Shown here: piece after piece, positions 8,970 to 18,297 of the stretch
Position numbering within the stretch: the stretch's first letter is position 1
Layout of the letters: every line of letters starts with the position of its first letter
IMG/VR virus record: IMGVR_UViG_3300020172_001601
Span: 1 to 64,000 of that record
Length of the DNA stretch: 64,000 bases
Direction: 5' to 3' (one strand)
The notes under the pieces: model-generated
Seen by the model: only the letters and a program-made list of their open reading frames with translations
Told to the model about the DNA's origin: nothing
Database searches by the model: none
Made by a program: the position numbers and the translations under genes

Positions 8970-9510
8970 CGTGGTTTATATCGACACGCCGTATAGACCT
9001 GAAGCTGGCAGCTTTTGCAAGCCCAAGGACATTGACGGCGATAGATATAAAGTTGGACAGTGGTATTATTGTCGAGATTTATTCCACGGCCAACTATACA
9101 ATCTGAGTTTGTTTTTCTTTTCCCATGATTCCACCAAAGGGCATTGCGTAGCCGCTTTTATGCGGAAGGTTGAAGAAATGTTGAATGTGGAGCCACGTTC
9201 AACATTTGGCCCAACTCAACGCAAAACCATTATGTGGATTGAACCGTCTCGGTGGTGGACAGTTCGAGCGATGCGTAGATCATTGTTCACAATATTGCTC
9301 CGAGCAGGATGCCAATATTCGCCAAGCAAGGATAATTTTGAAGAAGCACTCTTCAGCGATCCTTACACCATGAGTACCAAGTATGCAGTTAAAAGATTCT
9401 TTGCTGGTAATACAGCATATACTGGAAGAAAGCGTGGTTGGTACAAACAGTTTTATGAAAGTAAACCAACAGAACAAGAAGTCAATTCTTTGTTAGTTGA
9501 GCCTTACTAA
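8950..9510 (+). CDS. Hypothetical protein, paralog of 52248..52886
   Basis: Start re-called to ATG 8950 (AGGA RBS). Motifs CR..F, FSH, STF..T, RSL.TI.LR.G..Y...KDNF..ALF are shared with the paralog. Confidence 0.75.
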   Translation: MTSKFGDVVYIDTPYRPEAGSFCKPKDIDGDRYKVGQWYYCRDLFHGQLYNLSLFFFSHDSTKGHCVAAFMRKVEEMLNVEPRSTFGPTQRKTIMWIEPSRWWTVRAMRRSLFTILLRAGCQYSPSKDNFEEALFSDPYTMSTKYAVKRFFAGNTAYTGRKRGWYKQFYESKPTEQEVNSLLVEPY

Positions 9511-10017
9511 TTGTGGTTTGCGTGCAAACCAAACGCCGTCCTCTTCTTTGAATTCTTTTACGCCTAACGATTCAATTGTTTTCTTTATTGAATCATTCAT
9601 GGTAAAGTTGTGTCCAGCAATGATTCCTCCGGGTTTGATTTTTGGATACCAGTTTTTTATGTCTTTGATTTCGCCGCCGTCTATAAAGACAGCAAAGACG
9701 GCCTCGTGTCCTACGTTGTGGGATGCAACTTCAGGCGTTACCATCATCGTACTGATACAGTCGATCACTCCAGCCTTGGTCATATTTTCGTTGAACTTGG
9801 CCAATGTTTCTCTAAAAGTATCGACACAGACAATTTTCACGTTCTTGCCAGACATTTTTGCTCTGGATGCCAAATAGCATGACGACTTGCCCAGCCATGT
9901 GCCGATTTCGATAATCGTGTCATTTTTGCTGGCTTCTCGAATGATTTGATCGTATATCTTGGCATATCCGAACCATCCCTCGATGTCCTGCCAGCCGAAT
10001 TTGTTGTTTAAGTCCAT
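9493..10017 (-). CDS. Class I SAM-dependent methyltransferase (Methyltransf_24-like)
   Basis: IIEIGTWLGKSS, CVDTF, VFIDG, WYPKIKPGGIIAGH. Confidence 0.85.
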   Translation of the reverse strand: MDLNNKFGWQDIEGWFGYAKIYDQIIREASKNDTIIEIGTWLGKSSCYLASRAKMSGKNVKIVCVDTFRETLAKFNENMTKAGVIDCISTMMVTPEVASHNVGHEAVFAVFIDGGEIKDIKNWYPKIKPGGIIAGHNFTMNDSIKKTIESLGVKEFKEEDGVWFARKPQLVRLN

Positions 10018-10092
10018 GTGCTTCTTTCATAATTTGTTGGGTAGCTCTATATAAGAGAGGGGAGATTGCCCTAAATTGGAGAGGAAACAAAT

Positions 10093-10677
10093 ATGAGCGA
10101 CATGATGGATGACATCAACAAATACGCTGCGATATGGGATGCTGCCCAAGAGAAGGGGATTTTCAAGGACGCTCCTAAGCCACCGCAGCCTCGTAACCAG
10201 GACGACGAAGATTCGTTCTTTGGTGCGGACTTCTTTGGACAGAACCGTTCTGCCGAATACGATATGGACGAGCCGATCAATGAAGTCGATTCAAAATATT
10301 GGGCCACCGTATCTCGTATGGCCGATCCTACCGGCAAATACATTGACCCTTTGTTGGCTGAGGAATCTGTTCCCTCCAAAGAAAACACAAAGAAAGCAGC
10401 CGAGAAAATGTCTGGTGCGCACAACCCTGTATATCCAAACAGCGTTGGAAAAGACCAAGATATGAACGTAACCCAGAATTGGGGCGTTGGCGGCAAAGAA
10501 CATTTCCAACTTGAGGATTTGAAGGTTCGTTTAGAGAAGCTGGAAAGCAAACTGAACGGTATTGAATCCAAAGGTGACTCTGGGAAAGGTACACAGGATA
10601 AGATCGACAGCCTCAAGAAGCAAATTGATGAATTAAGTGATTCTCTCAATGGCGACCGATTCTCAAACGATGGCTGA
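10093..10677 (+). CDS. Hypothetical protein with C-terminal coiled coil
   Basis: GGAGAGG RBS; heptad-rich C-terminus. Confidence 0.75.
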   Translation: MSDMMDDINKYAAIWDAAQEKGIFKDAPKPPQPRNQDDEDSFFGADFFGQNRSAEYDMDEPINEVDSKYWATVSRMADPTGKYIDPLLAEESVPSKENTKKAAEKMSGAHNPVYPNSVGKDQDMNVTQNWGVGGKEHFQLEDLKVRLEKLESKLNGIESKGDSGKGTQDKIDSLKKQIDELSDSLNGDRFSNDG

Positions 10678-10738
10678 TCTTGTTTATGTCCATTGCATAG
10701 TTTAGAATTCAAGCTCCTCTAACTCATAGGAGAATGCA

Positions 10739-11287
10739 ATGGCAGTGAATCCCTGGAAAGCTCCCACCGAAATTGTCGAACTGCTCGATCAAATCAAAGA
10801 TAAGCATCACTCAAGGCTTGCTAATGCGTCCATTGCCGTGTGCATGGATGACAGCAAGCCTTTTTTGCGTAATAAACTCAATCTTGGGAAAGTGACGAAG
10901 TTCAGCCCATTGGCGAGGCTCTGGCAAGGCCAGCAGCATGATTTCTGCCTGTCCATTCCAATGGACTTGTGGCATTCTGTCCTGAAAGGGAACCAACGTG
11001 AGGCTTATCTCGATTTACAACTGTCCCGTTGTGGGGTAGAATATCTCCCGGAAGAAATCGAGGAGAACGGCAAGAAGAAGCCAATCAAGGATGAATGGGG
11101 TCGTGTTCAGTATACGCAAGAGGTAAAAGTCGATGACGAAGGGAATCCGAAGTGGAAAGTTGTTCCACTCGACCTTGAGGTTTTCGCTGATAACGTGCGT
11201 AGATATGGATTATGGTGCGACGATCTTTTGGAGTTAAAAAACGCCATTATCGCAGCACCAGATACCGGAGGGGTGAATGGAGCGTAG
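10739..11287 (+). CDS. Phage metallopeptidase-like domain protein with degenerate active site
   Basis: HSRLANASI, LGKVTK, W..L...QREAYLD, DLEVF...VRRYGLW match the putative phage metallopeptidase family, but HELxH is replaced by LQLSR. Confidence 0.6.
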   Translation: MAVNPWKAPTEIVELLDQIKDKHHSRLANASIAVCMDDSKPFLRNKLNLGKVTKFSPLARLWQGQQHDFCLSIPMDLWHSVLKGNQREAYLDLQLSRCGVEYLPEEIEENGKKKPIKDEWGRVQYTQEVKVDDEGNPKWKVVPLDLEVFADNVRRYGLWCDDLLELKNAIIAAPDTGGVNGA

Positions 11288-11717
11288 GCGAGTAATAGAA
11301 CTGGTTATCGTGGGCCTGTGGCTGACCATAGCTGTAGTGCTGTTTATTCACTACCAAAAGGACACCAACAAGACTGTCCCCATCCCTGACAAGTTGGTTG
11401 CTCCAACTGTGCCGGAATCCGAAAAGGGAAAGCGATTTGATGTTCGCAAGGTAACTGTTTTGCGTGGAGATTCTTTCGACATAACCATGAAGGATGAGGC
11501 GAATACCCGAATCCTGGGCAAGTTGCCCGTCATGGCCACTGAGAATGCGAAAGGAAAAGTGCTGGACCTGTTGAACCACAGCACGAATCCGAAAGTTGTT
11601 TTGCGTGAGAAGCAACCGGATGGCCGCTGGACTATTGATTTCTTTTTCACAAATAATGAAGGAAAAGAAATGAATTTGGTCGAGTGGCTGAGTTCCAATA
11701 ATCTGGTATACAAATGA
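11277..11717 (+). CDS. Membrane-anchored protein, possibly a degenerate thermonuclease (SNase-like) fold
   Basis: N-terminal TM; VTVLRGDSFDI resembles SNase V..DGDT; GRWTIDFF and NLVEWL..NNLV follow the SNase layout. Confidence 0.45.
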   Translation: MERRRVIELVIVGLWLTIAVVLFIHYQKDTNKTVPIPDKLVAPTVPESEKGKRFDVRKVTVLRGDSFDITMKDEANTRILGKLPVMATENAKGKVLDLLNHSTNPKVVLREKQPDGRWTIDFFFTNNEGKEMNLVEWLSSNNLVYK

Positions 11718-12904
11718 ACGAACAAGAGGGTGTAGTGACCGAACAACGGCGTCGTCGGTCCTCGGATGATCTGGCAATAGAAGCAGCGGAAGAGGATGGT
11801 AGTAGACAGGAGCCGCAGAAGCGTGGACGAGAAAATGTTCTCTCCAAAACTCAGCGGCTCTTATCGGAAAGGATCAAGGCGGCTCTTACGGAAAAGGGCA
11901 TGGCTAAGATCGCTATATTTACGCATCCTTGCCCTGACCCCGATGCCATTGGGTCACAAATGGGGCTTGCTTGGCTGCTTCGCAAAGCATATGAGGGTGT
12001 AGATGTTGACTGTTTTTACGATGGTCATCTTTCACACCCGCAGAACCAGCGAATGTGCAATTTGCTGGACCCGGAGTTGAAGCTCTATACAGACTGTCAA
12101 CCCGACGAATATGATCTTCGTGTATCTGTAGATACCGTGCCAGCGCACGCTAGTTGTCCAGATAACACGACATTCGATTTGGTTATTGACCACCATAGAG
12201 AAATACCAAATGGTGGATTCAAGGGCCTGTTCTTAAACCTCAAGGGTGGCAGTTGTTGTGCCACCATCTATCAACTCATCAAGGCTCATGGCCTTGGCTT
12301 CGAGGAAGACAATGATGCTGATTCCAAGGTAGCCACGGCTTTGCTGGTGGGCATCATCACTGATACTGAATATCAAACTTCAGACGATACCACTGATCTC
12401 GAACACGAAGCCTATCGAGAGTTATTTGAATATCGTAACTCTGCACACCTGAAGGAAATCACCCGATATAAACAGCCCCGTGAATGGGTTCAGGCTCGTG
12501 CATGTGTGGCTCAGAAGGCCCATGATCGCATTAAGGACGGCGTATTGATTCACGGTATTGGCTTCATCACTGGAAGCAATCGTGATTTGATCGCTGCTGT
12601 AGCCGATGATATGCTTTCCTGGGAGAACGTCGAAACCGCTGTGGCTTTTGCTGTAGTTGATGGCGACCGCATTGAAGGTTCAGTTCGCAGCATGAATGCT
12701 GCCCTTGCCGTACCAACACTCTGTAAAGAGTTGGGCCACGCTCTTGGTGGCTCTGGTGGCGGTAAATTGGGCAAAGGTGCATATGCCTATGCACTTGGCA
12801 GTTGTGCCAACGATGGCGAAATGGACGAAAGCATTAAAGAGAAGTTGTGGGAATTCATTCACGAACGAGAACTCAAGAGGCTCCACAAAATCATCAAGAA
12901 GTAG
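11714..12904 (+). CDS. DHH/DHHA1 phosphoesterase (NrnA-like)
   Basis: THPCPDPDAIGS, VDT, IDHH, GIITDT, GSVRS, glycine-rich GGSGGG. Confidence 0.9.
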   Translation: MNEQEGVVTEQRRRRSSDDLAIEAAEEDGSRQEPQKRGRENVLSKTQRLLSERIKAALTEKGMAKIAIFTHPCPDPDAIGSQMGLAWLLRKAYEGVDVDCFYDGHLSHPQNQRMCNLLDPELKLYTDCQPDEYDLRVSVDTVPAHASCPDNTTFDLVIDHHREIPNGGFKGLFLNLKGGSCCATIYQLIKAHGLGFEEDNDADSKVATALLVGIITDTEYQTSDDTTDLEHEAYRELFEYRNSAHLKEITRYKQPREWVQARACVAQKAHDRIKDGVLIHGIGFITGSNRDLIAAVADDMLSWENVETAVAFAVVDGDRIEGSVRSMNAALAVPTLCKELGHALGGSGGGKLGKGAYAYALGSCANDGEMDESIKEKLWEFIHERELKRLHKIIKK

Positions 12905-12908
12905 GAAT

Positions 12909-13205
12909 ATGAACTTCAACGAGTATTACCACTACTATCTCAGCTTGCATCAAAACAAGACTTGTCGCCGCTTGCACGTTTTAGGGCAATTGGCGACAAT
13001 CTCGTTTTTGATTTTCATTATCTACATGGGCGGGTGGTATTGGCTTTTGCTGCCCTTGTTGCCTTTTGTAGTGTATCCATTTGCTTGGAGTGGTCACTAC
13101 TTCTTTGAGCATAACGAACCTGCCGCTTTCAAGAACCCTATATGGGCGAAGCTGTGTGATTGGCGAATGTTATTCGACATTATCAGAGGCAGGATCGAAC
13201 TGTGA
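12909..13205 (+). CDS. DUF962/Mpo1-like membrane protein
   Basis: YYLSLHQNKTCRRLHVLG, FAWSGHYFFEHNEPAAFKNP; start re-called to ATG 12909. Confidence 0.85.
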   Translation: MNFNEYYHYYLSLHQNKTCRRLHVLGQLATISFLIFIIYMGGWYWLLLPLLPFVVYPFAWSGHYFFEHNEPAAFKNPIWAKLCDWRMLFDIIRGRIEL

Positions 13206-14006
13206 TTATTCCACAGGAACCTTTTCTCGTTGACGTTCCTCAGCCCAAGCCTTAGAAAAGGTTGGGTGTGGATATGGGATGGTTGCCAGCATTTCTCTGG
13301 TCTTCATAACCTCCCATTCAAAGCGTGGATTTTCTTTCTTTGACATTTCCACCACTCTATGGTCGGGCTGGCTTCCTGGTCCCCAAAACCAACTTTGCAT
13401 ACTGATCGTCTTGTCGATCATATTAGCATCACGTCGAACGAAGCCATAGTGATAGATGATGATTTCGTCAACTTGACGACCCATATATCGTGGATCGCAT
13501 TGCAATACTTCGGCGTCACCAAAAGCCGGACAATCCAGAGTCGCCAGTCGAACCACTTCGTCACTGACAGGTTTGTGTTCTTGTGCGATGTCATATCGTA
13601 AATAGTGATTGCAGTCACCCCAAAGGTTACAACGGCGAATCATATAGGAACGATTTGTCGGATGTTGTATGGCCTTTCTGATGGCCGGGAAACTGCGTTC
13701 ATGAATAACCTCATCAGCCTGAAGCATGAAATGCCAGTCTGTATTGAGGTATGACTTGGCAATATCGGCCAAGATTCTAAGTCGCTCGAATTTTTCGTGA
13801 CACTCCCAATTCGCTCCAGGGATTACCCTCAGCTTTGGCTGGCGGGCTTGAACCTGGGCAAGAAGGTCGAGTGTTCCGTCTGTGCTGCTGGCGTCTACGA
13901 CAACTACATCGTCGCATACAGCACAAAGACTGTCGAGGGCTTCAGCAACGCAATAATCAAACTGAATAGCGTTGCGAATAAACATTGAACCGCCAAGTGT
14001 AGGCAT
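13206..14006 (-). CDS. GT2-family glycosyltransferase
   Basis: VVVDASSTDGT, WHFMLQADE, IYHYGFVR; start re-called to ATG 14006. Confidence 0.85.
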   Translation of the reverse strand: MPTLGGSMFIRNAIQFDYCVAEALDSLCAVCDDVVVVDASSTDGTLDLLAQVQARQPKLRVIPGANWECHEKFERLRILADIAKSYLNTDWHFMLQADEVIHERSFPAIRKAIQHPTNRSYMIRRCNLWGDCNHYLRYDIAQEHKPVSDEVVRLATLDCPAFGDAEVLQCDPRYMGRQVDEIIIYHYGFVRRDANMIDKTISMQSWFWGPGSQPDHRVVEMSKKENPRFEWEVMKTREMLATIPYPHPTFSKAWAEERQREKVPVE

Positions 14007-14023
14007 GTGCTTTCTCTCTCTAC

Positions 14024-14650
14024 TTATTTTTTGAGTAGGCTTATGAATAGTCCGTTCCACCATCCTTGATCTAGCTCCTTTTCAAACAAGGTCTTCAGAT
14101 TGAGTTCTTGGATTGCTTGGCGGGTTCCCCGTTGAGGATCGGGCCAGTTCCAGTCATCGACCAAAAACAGAAAAGTATCATCCAACAGTGGATAGAAATA
14201 CGTTAGTGCTTTTAGTTGAGATTCGTAGCTGTGACAGCCATCATATAGGAAGAAATTGACAGGGTTAGGCAGTTCTTCTTTTGTCAAAGAAAAACAATCT
14301 TGCTCGTAGAATTTGTAACTGTTGGGCGTCAGAAGGCTGCTTGTATACTTAATGAATTCCTTCTTTGTCTCGCCGTCTTGGGCAAATTCTGACCAATTAT
14401 CTACGGCGATTGACGAAAGCAGCTTATTTTTGAAGTTTGTTGCAACAAAAGTTGCTCCTTTATGGACGCCGACTTCCAGGTAGTGTGATCCTGGAAGCTC
14501 GCCCAAATTATTCAATAAGTGTCTTATTTTGGGACTTGTGAAGCCAGGAGCTTCAAAAGCCTGACTGGTGAGTTTGGATTGTTCAGCTTCGGCCTTTTGG
14601 ATGGCTTCTTCGATGAACTTAACGATTGAGTCTTCTAGTGGTCTTTGCAT
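14024..14650 (-). CDS. Class I SAM-dependent methyltransferase (Methyltransf_24-like)
   Basis: YLEVGVHKGATF, AVDNWS, FLYDGCHSYESQ, VDDWNW. Confidence 0.85.
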   Translation of the reverse strand: MQRPLEDSIVKFIEEAIQKAEAEQSKLTSQAFEAPGFTSPKIRHLLNNLGELPGSHYLEVGVHKGATFVATNFKNKLLSSIAVDNWSEFAQDGETKKEFIKYTSSLLTPNSYKFYEQDCFSLTKEELPNPVNFFLYDGCHSYESQLKALTYFYPLLDDTFLFLVDDWNWPDPQRGTRQAIQELNLKTLFEKELDQGWWNGLFISLLKK

Positions 14651-14705
14651 GGGATTATATACCTCGCTCTTTCAGCTTTTTATCGTGGCTACTCTCTAAT
14701 ACAGT

Positions 14706-14891
14706 ATGGACAAAAACTTTATCATCAGGTGTCCCAAGTGCCGGTGGGCTAGAATGTCTACGGGCCTCTCGGAAGACCTTAAAGACCTCAAAGAAATTGT
14801 GACTTGCTCAAATTGCGGCAAGCCACGGACTTTTCGTTGCCCTCAATGCGGGCAAATCGCAAAGCAAACCAGAATAAAGAGCAATAGTTAA
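14706..14891 (+). CDS. Small zinc-ribbon protein
   Basis: Three CxxC pairs (CPKC, CSNC, CPQC). Confidence 0.75.
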   Translation: MDKNFIIRCPKCRWARMSTGLSEDLKDLKEIVTCSNCGKPRTFRCPQCGQIAKQTRIKSNS

Positions 14892-16057
14892 TGAAACTCG
14901 TCAAGGCTTATCGTCGCAATCCCGGTGATGGGAAACCTGTCGCTAAGGAAGAGTTGGTCCCTGAGATCAAGTTCCATAAGCACAAGTTCAATAACCGGCC
15001 CCAACCCAAAGACAAGCGCCGAATCTTATTCATCACTTGTTTTAGTGAGTTCGGCTGTGAGTCATTGGCGTTGATGTATTGCATTCCCAAGATCATCCAA
15101 CAAAACCCAGGCACATACGTTATTTGTGTGGGCTGGTTCGGCAGAGAGTATCTGTACCGGCATTTGGTTGATGAGTATTGGGAGATGCACGAAGAGTTTC
15201 AATGGCTTCGTGAACACACTCAGGCGTTCCAGCACACATCCAAGAACCTGTCTAAGCTCGAAGAGTCCTTAAAGGACTTGGGACAGGTTTATAAGGGTGC
15301 CAGCATGGGGCAGATTTGTCTTGGCAACACTTGCCTTGATTGCCGCCATTTCTGGGGCAGCGAAAGTGAGTTGGCGCAGTGTGAAAAGTGTGGTTCTGAC
15401 AATATTGATCGAGCATTATTGGCAAACATTCAACACAATAAGAAGTTTGCGGTTCACATACCACAGCCTAGCTCTAAGGTTTTGGTTCAGGCTAGGTCTT
15501 ATTTGAAACCAAATTCGGTGGGCATTTTTGCTCGTGGTCGAATCTGCTATGGTCGTAATTTGCGACCGGAGTTTTATGAGCGATTGATCGCAAACCTGGA
15601 AGAACAGGGCTACAACCCTATTTGGCTGGGCGAGAAACAAAGTGTATTGCCGTGTCCGGTTCCGCATATCACTGACTTCAGCCGTTTGCCGGAGTCTCGC
15701 AACCTGGAGTTGACATTAGCAATCATTAGCCAGCTAAGGTTCACTGTTCAGTTCTGGACAGCCAGCACACGCCTTTCGTCTATGATGAATGTGCCTTGGA
15801 TATTGTTTGAGTCGCCAGACCAAATCGTTGGCATGGGGCAGGAAGGCAAGCGTATTGCTTTGACTACAAACAACGACAAGAAGAAGCTGGTGCTTTCCCA
15901 ATACCACAATGTAATGGAAAAGGAAGACGAAGCACTGAAGCTAGTCAATCAAGCCATATCAGAGATGAACTTGAATAATTGGGATGACATCATTGGCTTA
16001 GTCGATCAACCGGAAATCATCAGAATGATGCTACTCAGACAGAGTATGTGGAGGTAA
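14891..16057 (+). CDS. GT-B/GT9-like glycosyltransferase with zinc-ribbon insertion
   Basis: LVDEYW, GYNPIWLGEK, DFSRL..SRNLELTLAIIS, STRLSSMMNVP; CLDC...CEKC insert; similar to the downstream gene. Confidence 0.55.
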   Translation: MKLVKAYRRNPGDGKPVAKEELVPEIKFHKHKFNNRPQPKDKRRILFITCFSEFGCESLALMYCIPKIIQQNPGTYVICVGWFGREYLYRHLVDEYWEMHEEFQWLREHTQAFQHTSKNLSKLEESLKDLGQVYKGASMGQICLGNTCLDCRHFWGSESELAQCEKCGSDNIDRALLANIQHNKKFAVHIPQPSSKVLVQARSYLKPNSVGIFARGRICYGRNLRPEFYERLIANLEEQGYNPIWLGEKQSVLPCPVPHITDFSRLPESRNLELTLAIISQLRFTVQFWTASTRLSSMMNVPWILFESPDQIVGMGQEGKRIALTTNNDKKKLVLSQYHNVMEKEDEALKLVNQAISEMNLNNWDDIIGLVDQPEIIRMMLLRQSMWR

Positions 16058-16059
16058 AC

Positions 16060-17202
16060 ATGAGTTCCGTTGTCGAATTTCTAAAGCGATCTGCCGAACG
16101 TAACGGATTTGCCCGTGAGCGGTTTGAGGAACGCAAAATCCCTACTGACCATAGCAACTTAATCGTTATGCCGTTCTTTGGCGATTTAAGAAGCACTATG
16201 GTTATGTCCAGTCTATTGCTTCAACGATATAGACAAGAAGTCAAAAACTCTAAGTATTTCATTCTTGCTTCTTGGCCAGGGTTCCAGGGCATATTCCCTT
16301 ATGTGGATGAATATTGGGCCATCAATGATGAGGCTCACATTAAGAAGTTCTACGAACAGTCTGATGGTTTTAGGAACAAGTCCGACTTAACAACGATTTA
16401 TACTCGCAATCTCAATGAGTTCTTTCGTGACGTTGTTGATTACAAAGAATTGATCCCATATTACCAGAATGGTTTCACAAGTCAGTTCTTTGAAAAGTTC
16501 AGCACCACTAAAAGGTTCCTTCCTTTCGTGCCGTCCTCGACAGCATTAGGCAAAGACTTTAATCGGGAACTATCCACAAAGGCTGGCTACAAGGTATTCA
16601 TTCATCCTTCGATATTCGCCAAGCAATGGCATATCGGCAGAAGTCAAAATGTTCGCACTAAACGAGAGTTCTGGACTGAACTGGTTGAGAAGCTCTTGGC
16701 GAACAATTATGTCCCTGTTATTTGGCAAAATTATCTTTCCTATGATATTTCGCAAGAATTCGTAGGTCGATGCCTATTTATAGGAGAGACAGATGTGGTT
16801 CGTGTCTTATCGGCGATGCGGACCACGGGCTGTGTTCTGGACGTGTTCAATGGTTTGTCACGTCTGGCAATATTGGCCCGATGTCCATTCGTAGCCGTTG
16901 ATGAGCGTTCTAGGTATACGAACCTCAAAGAATACGAGATTGACGACTTGTGTGCCTCGGACATTCCGAAGGAATATATTTTCACTTTTTCCACTATAAT
17001 ATCAGACGGCAACCCATACAACTGGAGCCAGGATATTTTCCAGTCGATATTGAAAAAGTTGGATAATTTCCTGCCTGAGTTAAACCGAGACGAGTGGCCT
17101 TCGACGGGTGAAACCACTGAGGTCGTACCGTATAAAGAGTATGTGCGAACCAACGAGCGAATCAAGCTCGGCACACGACTTTTGAAGATTACTAGAGATT
17201 GA
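16060..17202 (+). CDS. GT-B/GT9-like protein, paralog of 14891..16057
   Basis: FGD...YFILASWPG...YVDEYW, LSRLAILARCP; GGAGG RBS before ATG 16060. Confidence 0.5.
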   Translation: MSSVVEFLKRSAERNGFARERFEERKIPTDHSNLIVMPFFGDLRSTMVMSSLLLQRYRQEVKNSKYFILASWPGFQGIFPYVDEYWAINDEAHIKKFYEQSDGFRNKSDLTTIYTRNLNEFFRDVVDYKELIPYYQNGFTSQFFEKFSTTKRFLPFVPSSTALGKDFNRELSTKAGYKVFIHPSIFAKQWHIGRSQNVRTKREFWTELVEKLLANNYVPVIWQNYLSYDISQEFVGRCLFIGETDVVRVLSAMRTTGCVLDVFNGLSRLAILARCPFVAVDERSRYTNLKEYEIDDLCASDIPKEYIFTFSTIISDGNPYNWSQDIFQSILKKLDNFLPELNRDEWPSTGETTEVVPYKEYVRTNERIKLGTRLLKITRD

Positions 17203-17216
17203 TTAAGGAGCCTAAA

Positions 17217-17492
17217 ATGGCGTGCAAAGTTGAACTGCGTGATCTGCCACCTAATGCAAGCTGGCAGGAAAGAGATATTGCCTTCAAGAAGATGTTTTCA
17301 GTCTTCAAGAAACAGGTTGCTGAGGCAGGAATACTGCAACAGTGTAAGAAGCACGAATTTTATGAAAGTCCTGGCGAAAAGAAACGCCGCAAGAAGAAGG
17401 AATCCCATAACGCACGGCTCAAGGCCAAGCTCCGGGAAAGTTTCCCAGAGCGAAAGCCTAAGAAAGATACCAAGAACAAAGGTGATAAATGA
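17217..17492 (+). CDS. rpsU: Ribosomal protein bS21 homolog
   Basis: FKKQVAEAGILQQCKKHEFYESPGEKKRRKK matches the bS21 core FKR...AGIL...R.RE.YEKP...R.RK; AAGGAG RBS. Confidence 0.85.
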   Translation: MACKVELRDLPPNASWQERDIAFKKMFSVFKKQVAEAGILQQCKKHEFYESPGEKKRRKKKESHNARLKAKLRESFPERKPKKDTKNKGDK

Positions 17493-17773
17493 GTACCGCT
17501 AAGAAATCCAATATTATGAGCCTATCGGTTGATCTTGAAATTCAAGATCGACTGAAGGCGGTCGCAAAGAAGCGAAATGTCAGCGTTTCTAAATTGGTGC
17601 GTGATATGGTTGAGAAAAACCTATCATCTACCGATGAAGACGTGGACACGGTTATTTTCAAGGTTCCCAATAGTGCCAAAGTCACAGAGGTTGAATTGCG
17701 TAAGTGGTTGGCACCACGGATTGAAAATATTGTCAGGGCATTGGCTATGGACGTTGCCAACGGCAGGGGGTGA
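17489..17773 (+). CDS. Ribbon-helix-helix (CopG/Arc-like) DNA-binding protein
   Basis: IMSLSVDLEIQDRLKAVAKKRNVSVSKLVRDMV. Confidence 0.75.
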   Translation: MSTAKKSNIMSLSVDLEIQDRLKAVAKKRNVSVSKLVRDMVEKNLSSTDEDVDTVIFKVPNSAKVTEVELRKWLAPRIENIVRALAMDVANGRG

Positions 17774-17788
17774 TGATACAATTTCCCA

Positions 17789-18292
17789 ATGAAACCAAAA
17801 GCCGCACCCCTTGCGATAGTTCCCGTAGCCGATATTCCACAGGCGGTGGATGTCCCTGTCGATAATTTACTTCCTGTCTTTCGCACCATCACGCAGATGG
17901 AACAACTTTGCACAGCACAAGAAGGAATTGGCCTATCAGCGGTTCAGGTAGGCATTCCCTGGAAGTTATTTATCGTCCAAAGAGGCCACGGTTACGAATA
18001 TTACATCAACTGTGAGTATAATGGCATTGGTGAAAAACAAAAATCTATCGAAGGATGTTTATCTCTTCGAGACTCGCAGGGCAATTTGCGACGATTCGAG
18101 GTTGACCGATATTCCTCGATTGCCGTAAAGGGCAAGCAACTGAAAATATCATCCGACTCCCCTTCTTTGGTTTTGGATGATGTGGATCACATCGAACACG
18201 ATCTATATGCAGTTGTTTTTCAGCACGAGATAGATCACCACAATGATGTCCTTATCAGCGACATTGGCACCGAAGTCGAACTCACGAGGTAA
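17789..18292 (+). CDS. def: Peptide deformylase
   Basis: All three signature motifs: GIGLSAVQVG, EGCLS, QHEIDH. Confidence 0.95.
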   Translation: MKPKAAPLAIVPVADIPQAVDVPVDNLLPVFRTITQMEQLCTAQEGIGLSAVQVGIPWKLFIVQRGHGYEYYINCEYNGIGEKQKSIEGCLSLRDSQGNLRRFEVDRYSSIAVKGKQLKISSDSPSLVLDDVDHIEHDLYAVVFQHEIDHHNDVLISDIGTEVELTR

Positions 18293-18297
18293 GATAT

